64,000 nt of DNA from assembly GCA_034530875.2 (NCBI GenBank), contig JAVRCJ020000003.1:330514-394513 (forward strand). Direction: 5' to 3'. Each line of letters begins with the position of its first letter. Position 1 is the stretch's first letter. The notes under the pieces were generated by a model. That model did no database searches. It worked only from the letters and a program-made list of their open reading frames with translations, and was not told where the DNA came from. A program made the translations under genes and the position numbers. Positions 1 to 10,932 of the stretch are shown one piece after another. This DNA is from Nostoc sp. DedSLP01 (GTDB lineage: Bacteria; Cyanobacteriota; Cyanobacteriia; Cyanobacteriales; Nostocaceae).

Positions 1-413
1 ACTTGAGAAGTAGTTTGTTCGGGAACTGTTGTGTATTTGGATATAATCCCATCGATAAAATTCAGCCTTTCTAAAACGAAAGTAGGACTGAGGTATTCTA
101 TGCCTGCTTTATTAGCAGCTTTTTGATTTTCTTCATCTAGAAACCAACGGCTGGCTCTAAATTCTGTCAGCCGCATCCTGGCAATTTTTAATAGCTTGTT
201 TAAGTCTGCCTCAAAATAATCCATGACTGTGTTACTGTACATGGCTGAATTGATGTCTATTTTATTACCATTAAAATGCTTATCTTCTATTTCCTTAATC
301 TTTAATGCTGCATCGTAAGCTTCATTTAAAGAACGTTCGGGAGTCTGTAAGTACCGTCGATAAGCAGCAAGTAAGAAAGAATAGATTTTTTGGCTAAAAA
401 CAGAGTTTTTCAT
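1..413 (-). CDS. pcxA: Proton extrusion protein PcxA (CemA family), 5' part; runs off the window
   Basis: Manual translation from the ATG at 413 gives MKNSVFSQKIYSFLLAAYRRYLQTPERSLNEAYDAALKIKEIEDKHFNG..., matching the cyanobacterial PcxA N-terminus. Not in the ORF track because it is truncated. Confidence 0.8.
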   Translation of the reverse strand, partial: MKNSVFSQKIYSFLLAAYRRYLQTPERSLNEAYDAALKIKEIEDKHFNGNKIDINSAMYSNTVMDYFEADLNKLLKIARMRLTEFRASRWFLDEENQKAANKAGIEYLSPTFVLERLNFIDGIISKYTTVPEQTTSQ

Positions 414-500
414 TGCAAACAATCATCCAGCATTATTTGGTGATTCTTAACCCTAAGTTAACGCACGAGGTATACTAGCAAATCTACAAGGAGAAAGTTT

Positions 501-2747
501 GTGGTTTCTCATTCGGTTTGGATTGTTGGCACTAGCCGCAGTGGCAAGACAGCTCGTTTGGTAGAGCAATTTTGTAGTTGGGTAGAACCTAAAAATAAGT
601 ACATTGAATTATTTTATACTAAAAACAACGGACGTGAAAAAGGTGGCAATGCCTCCAAATTTTTATATCTTAAGCCAACAGAACCAGGAGTTTTAGTCTT
701 AGCTGCGAATGATGATAATCGTCGAGAACTAGGAGATAGAATTGTTACATTTACTTTAGGGAAATATCCGGTTCGTGCTAAGACACCGTTAGGTTTTTTT
801 CAGGATGAGGTTATTTTATTTTGGCCTTTGCTAATTAATTCGTTGAACCTCAAAGCCCATTTCCCGGTAAGATTGCGGCCAGAAACCGAACAAGAGCTAG
901 CAACCAAGCTGTGGCGTTCTCAATTAGACGAAGAAATTTTACGTCTTGCGGGTGTGAATGAGTCTCGTTTAGTACGTCGCATCTTAGACTTATTCCAATT
1001 AGCAGCCTATAGTGGCGTACCTTGTGAAGATATTGCGCGGATTTTAGCTAGGGGTTTAGGGGAGAATAACACAAATTTAGACCCGGAATTTTTAGCGTCT
1101 TTGCTGTTAGATTGGCGTAACTGGTGTTTAGAAAGGGGATTGTTAACTTATGGGATTATTACTGAACTTTATAGCCAGCATTTATTAAGCGATCGCAATT
1201 ACCAAAAGCACTTAACAAAACGCTATCAAGCAGTACTTGCGGATGATGTCGATGATTATCCAGGGGTAGCGCGTCTGTTGTTTGAGTTGCTGTTAGACCA
1301 AGGCGCAGTTGGGGCGTTTAGTTATAATCCCGATGGTGCAGTGCGATTGGGATTGGGAGCAGACCCGAACTATCTAGAAGGCTTAGCAGACCGTTGTCGA
1401 GTAGAAACGTTGACTGAGCCGCCTCCAGAGTCTTTAGGACAACAACTAGCTACGCAAATGGTGGAATTAGTTACAGAGTCCGTAATGCCGTTGAGTTTAC
1501 CAGAAATCGTCCACTCAATTCAAACCACTTCCCGCGCCCAACTATTGCGCCAAACAGCACAAACGATCGCCAATGCGATCCAATCAAAGCAAGTGGAACC
1601 GGAAGAAGTAGCAATTATAGCACCAGGTTTAGATGCGATCGCTCGTTATACCCTAGTAGAAATCCTCGTCAAGCAAAACATCCAGGTAGAATCGCTCAAC
1701 GACCAACGCCCTCTAATTAGTTCGCCAGTCATTCGCGCATTGCTCACCATACTGGCACTAGTTTATCCCGGCTTAGGACGCCTTGTAGATCGGGATGCCG
1801 TGGCAGAAATGCTGGTTGTCTTGAGCAGAAAACAACAACCATTAGAAAGCACAGAGGCGATAAATCGTGCAGACGCGATGAATCGCGTTTCTACGACAGA
1901 CATTGACCCGGTACGCGCTGGTTTAATAGCAGATTACTGCTTTGTACCCCACCCCGACCGACCCAACTTGCTATCAGTCTCAGCCTTCGAGCGTTGGGAT
2001 CGAATTGGGTATGCAGCTACTACAGCTTATAACGAGATATTACAGTGGTTAGAACAGCAGCGATCGCAACAAGAACAGCGTTTAATTCCCAGCCCCATTT
2101 CCCTATTAGATAGGGCAATTGTGCGTTTTTTGTGGAATGGTAGCAATCTCCCTTACGAACAACTAGCAGCATTGCGGGAATTATTAGAAACCGCCCAACA
2201 CTATTGGGAAATTGATACAAGACTACGACAAAGCAATTCAAAATTATCCCCCGATCTCCCCATCTCTCCATCTCCCAATCTCCCCATCTCCCCATCTCCT
2301 TCAACCGCTACTATTATCGAATTCATTCAGCTATTGCGACGCGGTACTATCACCGCCAACCCTTATCCGGTGCGTCCCATTGGTGGAGCGAGAAAAGCTG
2401 TAACTTTAGCAACTATATTTCAATATCGATCTAGTAGGCGATCGCATCGTTGGCATTTTTGGCTAGATGCTGGTTCGCCTCTATGGGCCAAAGGTGGTGC
2501 GGCCACATTGTTCGGTGCGCCATTTTTCCTGCAAAACAGATTAGGCGAATCTTGGACAGCAGAAGATGAAAAATTAGCAGAACAACAACGACTGCGTAGG
2601 ATTTTGGCAGATTTGCTGTCTCGTGTATCCCAGAGAGTTTATTTGTGTCACAGCGATTTAGCCGTGAATGGACAAGAGCAACTAGGGCCGCTGTTACCCT
2701 TAGTGAATGCCTGTGTCACAGTTATTTCTGAAACTAGTGTTAATTAA
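501..2747 (+). CDS. Conserved cyanobacterial degenerate P-loop/UvrD-like protein (often annotated as recombinase family)
   Basis: N-terminal GTSRSGKT Walker A-like motif; LADDVDDY Walker B-like motif; divergent from pcxA. Confidence 0.6.
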   Translation: MVSHSVWIVGTSRSGKTARLVEQFCSWVEPKNKYIELFYTKNNGREKGGNASKFLYLKPTEPGVLVLAANDDNRRELGDRIVTFTLGKYPVRAKTPLGFFQDEVILFWPLLINSLNLKAHFPVRLRPETEQELATKLWRSQLDEEILRLAGVNESRLVRRILDLFQLAAYSGVPCEDIARILARGLGENNTNLDPEFLASLLLDWRNWCLERGLLTYGIITELYSQHLLSDRNYQKHLTKRYQAVLADDVDDYPGVARLLFELLLDQGAVGAFSYNPDGAVRLGLGADPNYLEGLADRCRVETLTEPPPESLGQQLATQMVELVTESVMPLSLPEIVHSIQTTSRAQLLRQTAQTIANAIQSKQVEPEEVAIIAPGLDAIARYTLVEILVKQNIQVESLNDQRPLISSPVIRALLTILALVYPGLGRLVDRDAVAEMLVVLSRKQQPLESTEAINRADAMNRVSTTDIDPVRAGLIADYCFVPHPDRPNLLSVSAFERWDRIGYAATTAYNEILQWLEQQRSQQEQRLIPSPISLLDRAIVRFLWNGSNLPYEQLAALRELLETAQHYWEIDTRLRQSNSKLSPDLPISPSPNLPISPSPSTATIIEFIQLLRRGTITANPYPVRPIGGARKAVTLATIFQYRSSRRSHRWHFWLDAGSPLWAKGGAATLFGAPFFLQNRLGESWTAEDEKLAEQQRLRRILADLLSRVSQRVYLCHSDLAVNGQEQLGPLLPLVNACVTVISETSVN

Positions 2748-2888
2748 AGCTATACCAATTTGAAATAAAGAATGCCAAAAATTGTTGTAGAGACGCGATG
2801 AATCGCGTCTTTACTATTAACGTATTTTTACTATTAATACGATTCGGTGTAGCTAACAGACGAAATAAATCGCCGTCTCTACAAAATG

Positions 2889-3413
2889 TTATTTTATAAT
2901 AGATTTAAACAATAAAAATATATTCTTATACTGATTAGTAATTACCAAATTTTTAAGATTTATTTTTGGATTCAATATTTGCCGACTTAGTGGCTGTTGG
3001 TGAGGTGGAATAGGAGAACTAGCAGGCACTTTATTACGCCATAGAATCAAAGGAATACAGAAAATTCCTAAAATAATTATTACTACAGTCATAATCCAAA
3101 CAATTAATCTATTTGGTTTATAATCTCCGCGTTCAATTTGCCAAAAAACTTGATTGTATCGCCACGCAGCGAACGCAATTGTGAAAATTCCAGCAATTAC
3201 TAAAGCCAGTCCCAAATTTTCTGAATTAGTTAATGGATTTACCTGAGTTTCTTGTTGAGTAATAGCAAGATTAAGCTGCCGCAAAAATATACCAAATCGG
3301 GCAATAGCAATTCCAAAACTAATTAATGCAATAGAAGTGCGTAGCCAAGCTAAAAAAGTACGTTCGTTCGCTTGATGCTCCCTTTGACGGTCAATTTTCG
3401 GTATTTTATCCAT
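2889..3413 (-). CDS. YidH/DUF202 family membrane protein
   Basis: ANERTFLAWLRT signature; three hydrophobic segments. Confidence 0.85.
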   Translation of the reverse strand: MDKIPKIDRQREHQANERTFLAWLRTSIALISFGIAIARFGIFLRQLNLAITQQETQVNPLTNSENLGLALVIAGIFTIAFAAWRYNQVFWQIERGDYKPNRLIVWIMTVVIIILGIFCIPLILWRNKVPASSPIPPHQQPLSRQILNPKINLKNLVITNQYKNIFLLFKSIIK

Positions 3414-3521
3414 AAGTATCTAAACAAAGTGACACTTATAGCATTACTAAATAAGTTGTGAAATTAGTTATAGAGATAGGCAATAGATTTTTTCACTAAT
3501 GATTTAGGATTGCTATATTTT

Positions 3522-4526
3522 CTACAACCGCTTTACTTCGCCTTGTTTTTGCAAAAACTCTTTGAGTTTATTTTTATGAAACTGCTGATATTCATTTAAT
3601 CTATATTGATGGATAGGAATTCCAAAAATTGCCTGTTCTCCTTCCAGAACTCGTGCTATTTGATTGTTCACATCTGGATGATAGTGACTACCATCATAAG
3701 TATTATCTGTTCTGATAGTGATCTCTGAAGGATATGAGAAATCATAGGTTAGATCGTAGGTCTTTGAAGCTTCATAAATTGCCTGTAATTGGCAGTCTAG
3801 TAAACCGCGAGCATAGCTCTCATTGAAAAGCTTCCAAACTGAGATTGGTGGCACATACCCAATAATTTTAGCATTTGGGAATATATTTCGTATTTGTCGA
3901 TAATAAGCTATGCGCTGGAAGTTACATTTCTCCTGAGTCTTTTGATTTGAAAGTTTAGGTTTGTATTTAGGAGCATTCTCAAAAATTTTACCTTGGAAGT
4001 CTCCATCGTAAAATCTAATTTCTGTATTTAGCCTAAAAACTGTTTTTAAAGACATCTGTAAAGTGTCTATCGAAAATATATATGGCTGATAGATGGGTTT
4101 TGGTTCTGCTACCTCCACTTTATTTTTAAAAGATGTCTTTTTGTCGAAAGTAAAATTGTAAGCGTCTATCCCCACATATACTTTTTTGGGATTAATTCCT
4201 TTATCTTTAACGTATTGGGCATATTTAGCAATTTCTTCAGATGTGGCAGCACTGAAGGAATAATTGAAACAAAAATTATTTTTGAGAGCTTTACTACCTA
4301 AAAGGGTGACACGAGAACTACCAAAAATCACGCAATCATACTTTTGGCGAGCGCTATGCAAAAATAGATTAGTTTTGGTCAACCTCTCGTTATATGGAAC
4401 ATTGACTTGATTTAGCTTGTTGCCTTTATTGTACCAAAGTGGGTCAACACCTAAATTAACTGCTCCAATCAATAATAAAAGCGTACTTACCATCGTGAGG
4501 TACGTTTTCAAATAAGCAAGCATCAT
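3522..4526 (-). CDS. Membrane-anchored SGNH-like protein, partner of the MBOAT (polysaccharide O-acylation)
   Basis: N-terminal anchor ending in VDP; FGSSR (GxS) motif; C-terminal DGSH (DxxH) motif; 12 bp downstream of the MBOAT gene. Confidence 0.6.
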   Translation of the reverse strand: MMLAYLKTYLTMVSTLLLLIGAVNLGVDPLWYNKGNKLNQVNVPYNERLTKTNLFLHSARQKYDCVIFGSSRVTLLGSKALKNNFCFNYSFSAATSEEIAKYAQYVKDKGINPKKVYVGIDAYNFTFDKKTSFKNKVEVAEPKPIYQPYIFSIDTLQMSLKTVFRLNTEIRFYDGDFQGKIFENAPKYKPKLSNQKTQEKCNFQRIAYYRQIRNIFPNAKIIGYVPPISVWKLFNESYARGLLDCQLQAIYEASKTYDLTYDFSYPSEITIRTDNTYDGSHYHPDVNNQIARVLEGEQAIFGIPIHQYRLNEYQQFHKNKLKEFLQKQGEVKRL

Positions 4527-4538
4527 ATTTGATTATCC

Positions 4539-6044
4539 TTAGAACTGAAAATACACAAACTCACTAACTTTGGTAAGATGCAACAATGCGATCGCAGTTA
4601 AAACTGAAACAATTGCGGCATAGCTTTGATTAGGTTGCCAATAGAATTTAGACCAGAAAAGGCTATTAGATGAAAGTTTTTTGATTTTTTCATAATTTAA
4701 GACTGGCTCATACTTGCTCATCCATTCCTGAACATTAGGTGTAAACCAGACAATTGCCAGTAAAATACAAATATCAATAATTGCTTTTTTTAATCCAGAT
4801 GCAATAATTTGAGTACTAAACAATAGGCCATTTAATCCCACCATGCCTTTGACAATTACAAATGCTGTACTCATGTTTTCTGCTCTGAAGAATACCCACC
4901 CGAAGACAACTGCTATAAATGTTATGAGCCAAGCTAGTTTTAGGCTTATCCAGTTATCTGTTTTCAGATTGTATTGTTTTTGTAAAACATTCCATTGGTG
5001 GTTAATGCTTAGATAAGCTCCATGTAACCCACCCCAGAAGAGAAATTGCCAGCCTTCACCATGCCAAATTCCTCCCAGCAGCATGGTAATCATCAAATTC
5101 AAACTACGTCTGATCTCACCTTTGCGATTACCACCTAAAGGAATGTATAGGTAATCTCGAAGAAAGTTAGAAAGAGTGATATGCCATCTACGCCAGAAGT
5201 CACTAATACTAATAGCTTTGTAAGGGGAGAAGAAGTTTGTTGGTAACTTAATCCCGAACATCCTAGCTATTCCAATAGCCATATCGGAATAACCAGAAAA
5301 ATCAAAGTACAACTGCAAAGCATAGGCTAAAGCACCAATCCAAGATTCTAAAAATGTCGGGAATACACCAGCAGCAGCAGTATTAAATACTGGGCTTGCA
5401 TAAACAGCAATGTTATCTGCAAATACAACTTTCTTAAATAATCCCAGACTAAAAATGGTAATACCGACTGCCATGTTCTCTAAGTTAAACCGATAGATAG
5501 TTTTGTCGGCAAATTGTTGCATTAGCTCTGAATTATGAACAATAGGCCCAGAAATAAGTTTAGGGAAAAAAGCAATAAACAGGCAGTAGTCTAGAAATTT
5601 GGTATCTTTGGTTTCTCCACGATAAGAATCAACCAAGTATGTAATTTGCTGAAAAGTAAAGAACGATATTCCTAATGGCAGGATTATCTTTTGGAAATTA
5701 AAGTTTATCCCTAATATATCGGCTGCACTTGAAACAAAAAAATTAGCATACTTGAACCAAGCAAGGATGATGATATTAGATGCTATTCCTAAGCTTAGTA
5801 GTGTCTTTTTTTTGCTAGGTGAGTTGTCCTCTTGGTTTAGTATAGAACCTATAGTAAAATTTAAGCCAATTGAAGTTCCAAGCAATATTAAATATCTTGG
5901 ATTCCACCAACCATAAAAAAATAAAGAAGCAATCAATAACCAAGTAATTGCTAATCGGTAATAGCCATATTTACCAATCCAGAAAAATATCAAAAGAGTA
6001 ATTGGCAAAAACAAAAATATAAATTGTAGCGAGCTAAATAACAT
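4539..6044 (-). CDS. MBOAT family O-acyltransferase (AlgI/DltB-like)
   Basis: LPLGISFFTFQ, YFDFSGYSDMAIG, FWRRWHITLS and GIWHG motifs; ends in FVYFQF. Confidence 0.92.
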   Translation of the reverse strand: MLFSSLQFIFLFLPITLLIFFWIGKYGYYRLAITWLLIASLFFYGWWNPRYLILLGTSIGLNFTIGSILNQEDNSPSKKKTLLSLGIASNIIILAWFKYANFFVSSAADILGINFNFQKIILPLGISFFTFQQITYLVDSYRGETKDTKFLDYCLFIAFFPKLISGPIVHNSELMQQFADKTIYRFNLENMAVGITIFSLGLFKKVVFADNIAVYASPVFNTAAAGVFPTFLESWIGALAYALQLYFDFSGYSDMAIGIARMFGIKLPTNFFSPYKAISISDFWRRWHITLSNFLRDYLYIPLGGNRKGEIRRSLNLMITMLLGGIWHGEGWQFLFWGGLHGAYLSINHQWNVLQKQYNLKTDNWISLKLAWLITFIAVVFGWVFFRAENMSTAFVIVKGMVGLNGLLFSTQIIASGLKKAIIDICILLAIVWFTPNVQEWMSKYEPVLNYEKIKKLSSNSLFWSKFYWQPNQSYAAIVSVLTAIALLHLTKVSEFVYFQF

Positions 6045-6292
6045 ATATTATACTTTTATTATTCCTACAGAAATAAAATTTTGTAGTTCTATTTTCACAA
6101 GCAGATAAATAATATCATGAGTAGATAAATTGTTTCAATTATGTAGATTTATAAAACTTTACGAAAAAGTTACCCATTAATAGTTTGCTGAAAAGCAATG
6201 GCTCTAGTGAGAATTCTGGAAAGACCCCAAGCGATCGCCAAAATCTTTACAATGTTAAATAAGGTAAAGATCTATATTCAGAATCAAAATCA

Positions 6293-6964
6293 ATGGCACT
6301 ATTTGGATTTGGCAAAAAGCAAAATATGCCCACACCTGAGGAAGCTTTGCCAGGAAGGGCACAGCCGATGTCGGTACCTGCTCATCATTATGTCAACAAT
6401 AATCCCCTGAAACCTCCTTTCCCCGATGGATTCGAGAAAGCTTTGTTTGGTTTAGGCTGTTTTTGGGGTGCAGAACGTAAATTCTGGCAACTTCAAGGAG
6501 TTTACACCACCGCAGTGGGTTACGCTGCCGGTTTTACGCCCAATCCTACCTATCAAGAGGTATGTACTGGCAGAACCGGACACAATGAAGTGGTGTTAGT
6601 TGTGTTCGATCCGAAAGTAATTAGTTACTCAGAACTGCTGAAAGTCTTTTGGGAAAGTCATAACCCCACCCAAGGTATGCGCCAAGGTAACGATGTTGGC
6701 ACTCAATACCGTTCGGGAATTTATGTATACTCTGAAAACCAAAAGCAGCTAGCACAAACATCGCTAGAAGTTTATCAGGAAGCCCTAAACAACGCAGGCT
6801 ATGACAAGAAGATTACCACAGAAATCTTAGATGCCCCTGAGTTCTACTACGCAGAAGACTACCATCAACAATACCTAGCGAAAAATCCCGGCGGCTATTG
6901 TGGTTTGGGAGGAACAAACGTTTCTTGTCCCATCGGTTTAGTTGAATCGCAAGTGACTGGTTAA
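6293..6964 (+). CDS. msrA: Peptide-methionine (S)-S-oxide reductase
   Basis: GCFWG active site; AEDYHQQYL motif. Confidence 0.96.
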   Translation: MALFGFGKKQNMPTPEEALPGRAQPMSVPAHHYVNNNPLKPPFPDGFEKALFGLGCFWGAERKFWQLQGVYTTAVGYAAGFTPNPTYQEVCTGRTGHNEVVLVVFDPKVISYSELLKVFWESHNPTQGMRQGNDVGTQYRSGIYVYSENQKQLAQTSLEVYQEALNNAGYDKKITTEILDAPEFYYAEDYHQQYLAKNPGGYCGLGGTNVSCPIGLVESQVTG

Positions 6965-7052
6965 GTGGGGAATTAGGGAGTAGCGAGTAGGGAATGGGAA
7001 AAAGCAGGATCTTCGCTTCCCTCACTCCCCACTCCCTATTCCCTACTCCCCA
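6965..7052. repeat. STRR-type heptamer repeats (GGGAGTA/ACTCCCC) in inverted arrangement between convergent genes
   Basis: gggagtagcgagtagggaatggg ... actcccactccctattccctactcccc. Confidence 0.6.
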
Positions 7053-8264
7053 CTAAAATGCAGATTTAAGCAAAGCGATCGCCCATACCCATAACATAAT
7101 ACTTATAGGCGCACCAATTAAAATACCAGCGATCGCCCAACCTCTTTGATGGGCTTTGAATTGTTCGATATTGCGCCACTGTCTACTTTTCCAAGCCCAT
7201 TCATTGCCTTTGGCACCAAGAGCGATCGCCATTACCCATCCAATATGTGGTATAAAACAGAACAAAGCAAACCATACTTGGTTAGTCCACATCCAGAACC
7301 AAGGCAAGAGAAATGCACCCCAATTCCAACCGAGAATTTCTTCTGGGACTGTCTCTTGGTAATTATTAATACCGCATCCAGAATTGTTAATAATTTCTTT
7401 GGGCGGCAAAAGCTCATATCTGTTTGCAGATTTGACGACTAGACCAGATTTGAGAGCTTTTAGCGCTTGGCGGGCACTAGTAAATCGTTGTTCTGGTGCT
7501 GGTTCTGTCAATTTTTCTAGCCAACTGATAAAACTGCGACTCAGGTTCACTTGGTCTGCAAATTGCAATCGTAAATCCTGCTGGGGTAAATCAGCTGGGG
7601 GAATACCAGTTAGCAAATGAATTAAAGTCGCCCCCAAAGCATAGAGATCTGATGCAGCTACAGCGCGTCCACCAAATTGTTCCATTGGGGCATAACCATA
7701 AGTGCCGACAACAGTAAAAGTAACACCTTCTTTTGCTGCTTTATCCTGAACTGCGCCAAAATCAACTAAATAAATTCGATTATCTTCACCCCAGATTAAA
7801 TTGCTTGGTTTAATATCTCTATGCAATACTCCAGGATTCAATTCATGTAAATATATAAGAATATTTAAGACTTCAACGGCAATTTTTTTAGCTCGTTTTT
7901 CACTAAACCTTTTGCCACTGGCAAGTTTATCCTTGAGTGACTCACCAGGGATATATTCTTGGATTAAGCCAAACCAGAGGGTGCGATCGTCAATACAAAA
8001 ATAATCGATATATTGGGGAATTCGGGGATGATTTAGCTGTTTGAGAATTTGTGCTTCTCTCTCAAAAAGTTTTAAATCATCCCACTGCACAGTACCGCCA
8101 AAAGCCAAAAGTTTGACGACAACGCTGGAATTTTCGCCATTCTCAGCTTTTAAATCCAATGCTTGCCAAGTTTGACGGATTCCGTTGTTACCGAGTTGGC
8201 GTTGAATCTGATAACGGTCTTGTAATATCTGTTCTGCTTGCAGCATCTGAACACCTGCTGGCAA
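7053..8264 (-). CDS. Ser/Thr protein kinase (Pkn2-type) with C-terminal membrane domain
   Basis: HRDIKPSN, DFG and GTYGYAPMEQ motifs; C-terminal WNWGAF and hydrophobic segments. Confidence 0.92.
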   Translation of the reverse strand: MPAGVQMLQAEQILQDRYQIQRQLGNNGIRQTWQALDLKAENGENSSVVVKLLAFGGTVQWDDLKLFEREAQILKQLNHPRIPQYIDYFCIDDRTLWFGLIQEYIPGESLKDKLASGKRFSEKRAKKIAVEVLNILIYLHELNPGVLHRDIKPSNLIWGEDNRIYLVDFGAVQDKAAKEGVTFTVVGTYGYAPMEQFGGRAVAASDLYALGATLIHLLTGIPPADLPQQDLRLQFADQVNLSRSFISWLEKLTEPAPEQRFTSARQALKALKSGLVVKSANRYELLPPKEIINNSGCGINNYQETVPEEILGWNWGAFLLPWFWMWTNQVWFALFCFIPHIGWVMAIALGAKGNEWAWKSRQWRNIEQFKAHQRGWAIAGILIGAPISIMLWVWAIALLKSAF

Positions 8265-8344
8265 TTTACGCTAATCTGATTCCCTTACTATTTAAGGATA
8301 GTAATTATCTAGAGGAACTGTCATACCAATTAAAAATGAGGCTT

Positions 8345-8457
8345 GTAGACTCGCTCTAAGCGTACCCCTACGGGGAAGCAAGCTACGCGTAGCGTCTCGT
8401 AGAGAAGCCATGCCGTTGGCAAAGCCTCTCGTAGAGAAGGCTTTACGCTGCGCTAAC
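8345..8457. repeat. Cluster of nested small dispersed repeats
   Basis: TCTCGTAGAGAAG occurs twice with palindromic arms; a related agcaagctacgc...tagagaa copy lies near 36718. Confidence 0.45.
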
Positions 8458-8674
8458 AAAATTCAAAATTAAGAAAAGTAAATATCACAAGGGTTTGAGC
8501 TTATTAATTAAACACTTGTTATTTCTAAGTTTATCGTTGGAGTTCTAAAGTCGAAAGTTGGTGTCACGAACCAAAACGATAGCGTTGTGAACTTGAAAAT
8601 TCTTCTACGATAAGAACTAACCACAAATAACGCTAAAACTAAAAATTTCCCCGCATCCCCGCGTCTTCTTCACC

Positions 8675-10444
8675 TCACTTCAGCCCTAATTCTTCCTTCA
8701 ACTCCTCTGGCACATTAACTGCTGTCTCTAATCCCCGCACACCTTCCCACTGCTGCTTTTGACCCCAAGTAATTTTTTCCATATTGGCGTCGCTGAGGTC
8801 GGCACCGCCGAGAATGGCGCTGCTGAGATTGCTATGACTGAGATTCGCGCCGTTAAGAATAGCACCACTAAGGTTACTGCCGCTGAGGTTAGCGCTATTC
8901 AAGTTGGCATAGCTGAGGTCTGTACCGAAGAGTATGGCGTCGCTGAGGTCTGCACCGCTGAGGTCGGCGTCGTTGAGAATCACGCCACTGAGGTCAGCTT
9001 CGTTGAGAACTACCCGACTTAAGTCTACACCGCTGAGGTCAGCACCTAAGAACATAGCACCGTTGAGTCTAGCGTTGTTCAGCTTGGCACCATTGAGTTT
9101 GGCATAACTGAGGTCGGCGGCAACGAGGATGGCACTGTTGAGATTGGTACTGAAAAGAATTGTATCGCTAAGGTTCGTACCGTTGAGGATGGCGTGACTC
9201 AAGTCAGCACCGCTAAGGTCGCCACGGCAAAGGTCGGCATGATTAAGGTTAGTGTTGCTGAGGTTGGCGTCACTTAAGTTAGCACCGAAAAGGATGGCGT
9301 TGCTGAGGTCGGCACGATTGAGGTTGGTGCTGCTGAGGTCGGCGCGGTTGAGGTCGGCGCGGCTGAGGTTGGCACAGTTGAGATTTGCATTGCTAAGGTC
9401 GGCGCGGCTGAGGTTGGCGCGGCTGAGGTTGGCACCGCTGAGGTTTGCACCAGTGAGGTTGGCACTGCTGAGGTCGGCACCAGTGAGGTTGGCACTGCTG
9501 AGGTTGGCACCGCTGAGGTTGGCATCACCAAGGTTAGCAGCACTAAGGTTGGCACAACTAAAGTTGACTCCTGTTAAGTTAGCGTCCCCAAGGTAAGCAC
9601 GGGTGAGGTTGGCATTGCTAAAGTCTACCCCAGTCAAGTTTGCGTCGCCGAGGTAAGCACTAGTAAAGTTGCCACCTTTAAGAAATTGCCCGATGATACT
9701 GCTAAAGTTACCAACTTCCAGGGCATCGCTATAGTTAACGACCCGCAGTAGTTGGGAGGTGAAAAAACTATCTGTGTCTGGTTTGGCAGATGGATAGAAG
9801 CTGATTTTTTGGCTGAGTTGGTCTTGCTGTTGGGCATAGCGGTGTAACTCTAATAGTAAAATCAGCACGTTTAGCCCTGTATACATATCTACCTGCCTCA
9901 GCCCGCGCGCCATATTTTTTGCTGCCAGCTGTAACATTTTTTTCTGAGGTAGGTTATCCTCTGGTGTGGCATCGATAAATTCTCCCTGACACCAACGATG
10001 ATAAAAGTCTTCTAGCCGCCAGAACAGTAATTCTAGGCGAATCTTTTTACCTGTTACCAGGAATTCCATGAGTTCGTTAACTATTTCGGGTTTCAGCGCA
10101 CCGTTACCCAGTAAATCGTAAATCTCTTCATGCATTTGGCGATCGCCTACTGCAAAGTAAAAGGGAGCATGTTGCCTACTTAAGGTTTTTTCGTCTATCT
10201 TAGAATTCCAACCACTGGTAGGTATTGTCCATTTTTCTAAGCTTTTTTGTAGCTTTTCACGCAATAAATATTCCACCAAACGTTCTTGAGCAAAATTAAT
10301 GCTTTTGTCTGGTTCTTTAATACTTTTTTCTAGAGGTAAAATTGCTTCTGTTTCAAAAGATGTATTTTTTAACATCTCTTGTAACCTTCTACCTCTCACA
10401 TAATTTTTCAGTAGTTTCCAAACTTGAGATAAATATGTTGACAT
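8675..10444 (-). CDS. Pentapeptide repeat protein
   Basis: More than 60 A(D/N)Lxx repeats in the C-terminal half. Confidence 0.93.
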   Translation of the reverse strand: MSTYLSQVWKLLKNYVRGRRLQEMLKNTSFETEAILPLEKSIKEPDKSINFAQERLVEYLLREKLQKSLEKWTIPTSGWNSKIDEKTLSRQHAPFYFAVGDRQMHEEIYDLLGNGALKPEIVNELMEFLVTGKKIRLELLFWRLEDFYHRWCQGEFIDATPEDNLPQKKMLQLAAKNMARGLRQVDMYTGLNVLILLLELHRYAQQQDQLSQKISFYPSAKPDTDSFFTSQLLRVVNYSDALEVGNFSSIIGQFLKGGNFTSAYLGDANLTGVDFSNANLTRAYLGDANLTGVNFSCANLSAANLGDANLSGANLSSANLTGADLSSANLTGANLSGANLSRANLSRADLSNANLNCANLSRADLNRADLSSTNLNRADLSNAILFGANLSDANLSNTNLNHADLCRGDLSGADLSHAILNGTNLSDTILFSTNLNSAILVAADLSYAKLNGAKLNNARLNGAMFLGADLSGVDLSRVVLNEADLSGVILNDADLSGADLSDAILFGTDLSYANLNSANLSGSNLSGAILNGANLSHSNLSSAILGGADLSDANMEKITWGQKQQWEGVRGLETAVNVPEELKEELGLK

Positions 10445-10932
10445 TTCCGTATCCGTTGATACATTTAAAGTAATTGTTTTGATAATTGGGAACTGAAATT
10501 TTTTTCTGCTAGTTTGCTGTTTATAAATATATTTTTAGTATAAAATAATACTATTTTTAATGTTTTATTACTAATGTCCTTTGCCAAAAGCTTTGCTAAA
10601 AAGTGGTTTCGGTCTCAAACTTATTCTGGTGATGTAAATAAAGTGCTAACTGAAAAATTATTTCCAAAATGGCATCATTTTAGGACTTTGGCAAATTCGT
10701 TATATTTTTTCCCGCGAAATTTAGTAGTGTGATGTAAAAATAATACTTACTCTTTGTAATAGATGCAATTGTTAGGAAAAATCCTACTGTAAAACAGTGT
10801 AAAAAAACAGAAAAATGGCAATTAAAATTGTAGTTAAACTTGGCTGCTTGATATAAGGCAAGTAATGAATTGCTAGACGACGGGCTGCATAGCTTTGCAA
10901 AAGTTAAGAATTACTAAGGATAGTTATTAGGG

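Noticed and set aside
8759..9837. Repetitive ORFs (RLA.. and PTS..) overlapping the pentapeptide gene; also 34805-35071
   Set aside because: Antisense or alternative-frame shadows of 15-bp pentapeptide codon repeats.
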